Origin: Balanoglossus misakiensis
Taxonomy: Eukaryota > Animalia > Hemichordata
Assembly (NCBI GenBank): GCA_040954595.2
Contig: CM082597.2
Coordinates: forward strand, 786,786 to 850,785
DNA: 64,000 nt
Direction: 5' to 3'
This document shows positions 61,201 through 64,000 of the stretch, in pieces (within the stretch, counting starts at the first letter, position 1; every line of letters begins with the position of its first letter). The notes beneath the pieces were generated by a model. The model ran no database searches, was not told where the DNA came from, and saw nothing but the letters and a program-made list of their open reading frames with translations. The position numbers and the translations under genes are program-made.

Positions 61201-64000
61201 TTAACCATCATGGTTTTTGTCGAAAAACCGCGAATTTTCGAGTTGCCGAATTTCGCGATTTTCGGCCGATTTGAACATTTTTCATGGGTTAACCATCATG
61301 GTTTTTGTCGAAAAACCGCGAATTTTCGAGTTGCCGAATTTCGAGATTTTCGGCCGATTTGAACATTTTTCATGGGTTAACCATCATGGTTTTTGTCGAA
61401 AAACCGCGAATTTTCGAGTTGCCGAATTTCGAGATTTTCGGCCGATTTGAACATTTTTCATGGGTTAACCATCATGGTTTTTGTCGAAAAACCGCGAATT
61501 TTCGAGTTGCCGAATTTCGAGATTTTCGGCCGATTTGAACATTTTTCATGGGTTAACCATCATGGTTTTTGTCGAAAAACCGCGAATTTTCGAGTTGCCG
61601 AATTTCGAGATTTTCGGCCGATTTGAACATTTTTCATGGGTTAACATATCATGGTTTTTGTCGAAAAACCGCGAATTTTCGAGTTGCCGAATTTCGAGAT
61701 TTTCGGCCGATTTGAACATTTTTCATGGGTTAACCATCATGGTTTTTGTCGAAAAACCGCGAATTTTCGAGTTGCCGAATTTCGAGATTTTCGGCCGATT
61801 TGAACATTTTTCATGGGTTAACCATCATGGTTTTTGTCGAAAAACCGCGAATTTTCGAGTTGCCGAATTTCGAGATTTTCGGCCGATTTGAACATTTTTC
61901 ATGGGTTAACCATCATGGTTTTTGTCGAAAAACCGCGAATTTTCGAGTTGCCGAATTTCGAGATTTTCGGCCGATTTGAACATTTTTCATGGGTTAACCA
62001 TCATGGTTTTTGTCGAAAAACCGCGAATTTTCGAGTTGCCGAATTTCGCGATTTTCGGCCGATTTGAACATTTTTCTTGGGTTAACCATCATGGTTTTTG
62101 TCGAAAAACCGCGAATTTTCGAGTTGCCGAATTTCGAGATTTTCGGCCGATTTGAACATTTTTCATGGGTTAACCATCATGGTTTTTGTCGAAAAACCGC
62201 GAATTTTCGAGTTGCCGAATTTCGCGATTTTCGGCCGATTTGAACATTTTTCATGGGTTAACCATCATGGTTTTTGTCGAAAAACCGCGAATTTTCGAGT
62301 TGCCGAATTTCGCGATTTTCGGCCGATTTGAACATTTTTCATGGGTTAACCATCATGGTTTTTGTCGAAAAACCGCGAATTTTCGAGTTGCCGAATTTCG
62401 CGATTTTCGGCCGATTTGAACATTTTTCATGGGTTAACCATCATGGTTTTTGTCGAAAAACCGCGAATTTTCGAGTTGCCGAATTTCGCGATTTTCGGCC
62501 GATTTGAACATTTTTCATGGGTTAACCATCATGGTTTTTGTCGAAAAACCGCGAATTTTCGAGTTGCCGAATTTCGCGATTTTCGGCCGATTTGAACATT
62601 TTTCATGGGTTAACCATCATGGTTTTTGTCGAAAAACCGCGAATTTTCGAGTTGCCGAATTTCGCGATTTTCGGCCGATTTGAACATTTTTCATGGGTTA
62701 ACCATCATGGTTTTTGTCGAAAAACCGCGAATTTTCGAGTTGCCGAATTTCGAGATTTTCGGCCGATTTGAACATTTTTCATGGGTTAACCATCATGGTT
62801 TTTGTCGAAAAACCGCGAATTTTCGAGTTGCCGAATTTCGAGATTTTCGGCCGATTTGAACATTTTTCATGGGTTAACCATCATGGTTTTTGTCGAAAAA
62901 CCGCGAATTTTCGAGTTGCCGAATTTCGAGATTTTCGGCCGATTTGAACATTTTTCATGGGTTAACCATCATGGTTTTTGTCGAAAAACCGCGAATTTTC
63001 GAGTTGCCGAATTTCGAGATTTTCGGCCGATTTGAACATTTTTCATGGGTTAACCATCATGGTTTTTGTCGAAAAACCGCGAATTTTCGAGTTGCCGAAT
63101 TTCGAGATTTTCGGCCGATTTGAACATTTTTCATGGGTTAACCATCATGGTTTTTGTCGAAAAACCGCGAATTTTCGAGTTGCCGAATTTCGAGATTTTC
63201 GGCCGATTTGAACATTTTTCATGGGTTAACCATCATGGTTTTTGTCGAAAAACCGCGAATTTTCGAGTTGCCGAATTTCGAGATTTTCGGCCGATTTGAA
63301 CATTTTTCATGGGTTAACCATCATGGTTTTTGTCGAAAAACCGGCGAATTTTCGAGTTGCCGAATTTCGAGATTTTCGGCCGATTTGAACATTTTTCATG
63401 GGTTAACCATCATGGTTTTTGTCGAAAAACCGCGAATTTTCGAGTTGCCGAATTTCGAGATTTTCGGCCGATTTGAACATTTTTCATGGGTTAACCATCA
63501 TGGTTTTTGTCGAAAAACCGCGAATTTTCGAGTTGCCGAATTTCGCGATTTTCGGCCGATTTGAACATTTTTCATGGGTTAACCATCATGGTTTTTGTCG
63601 AAAAACCGCGAATTTTCGAGTTGCCGAATTTCGCGATTTTCGGCCGATTTGAACATTTTTCATGGGTTAACCATCATGGTTTTTGTCGAAAAACCGCGAA
63701 TTTTCGAGTTGCCGAATTTCGCGATTTTCGGCCGATTTGAACATTTTTCATGGGTTAACCATCATGGTTTTTGTCGAAAAACCGCGAATTTTCGAGTTGC
63801 CGAATTTCGCGATTTTCGGCCGATTTGAACATTTTTCATGGGTTAACCATCATGGTTTTTGTCGAAAAACCGCGAATTTTCGAGTTGCCGAATTTCGAGA
63901 TTTTCGGCCGATTTGAACATTTTTCATGGGTTAACCATCATGGTTTTTGTCGAAAAACCGCGAATTTTCGAGTTGCCGAATTTCGCGATTTTCGGCCGAT
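52257..64000. repeat. 88-bp satellite DNA array, about 133 copies, running off the right edge
   Basis: The unit TTTTCGAGTTGCCGAATTTCGAGATTTTCGGCCGATTTGAACATTTTTCATGGGTTAACCATCATGGTTTTTGTCGAAAAACCGCGAA is repeated head-to-tail with rare SNPs and two +1 phase shifts (about 61647 and 63343). Confidence 0.99.

Noticed and set aside
52329-63916. About 130 repeated 77-aa ORFs (MSKNREFSSCR...)
   Set aside because: They arise from reading through an 88-bp unit that is not a multiple of 3, begin at TTG codons, and show no protein features.
52257-64000. Possible CRISPR array
   Set aside because: There are no unique spacers and no cas genes, and the context is eukaryotic; it is a plain head-to-tail satellite.

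Overview
Eukaryotic animal genomic DNA with GT-AG introns. The gene content suggests a marine invertebrate deuterostome such as a hemichordate, echinoderm or amphioxus, but this is inference only. (1) 270-12257 (-): a multi-exon secreted mosaic lectin gene, signal peptide-PAN-CTL-PAN-EGF-FA58C-FTP-CTL. I could splice 13 exons in frame by eye, and the gene runs off the left edge. (2) 21145-35452 (+): a tandem cluster of three BTB-BACK genes with long acidic disordered linkers. Paralogs 1 and 3 end in a spliced AMPK-beta-type glycogen-binding domain (CBM48). Paralog 2 lacks it and carries 25 copies of a 44-aa Asp-rich repeat. This BTB-BACK-IDR-CBM48 family is the most interesting item: it looks like a glycogen-targeted Cullin-3 adaptor. 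(3) 45114-45735 (+): a small neuropeptide-type precursor with a predicted disulfide-bridged, amidated, elevenin-like peptide directly after the signal peptide. (4) 46684-47419: a PIF/Harbinger-type MITE with TIRs and a TAA TSD. (5) 48447-51561 (-): two intronless CHST1-like Golgi carbohydrate 6-O-sulfotransferases. (6) About 52257 to the window end: a very homogeneous, CpG-rich, palindrome-rich 88-bp satellite of about 133 copies. All calls were made by eye and no database searches were run.
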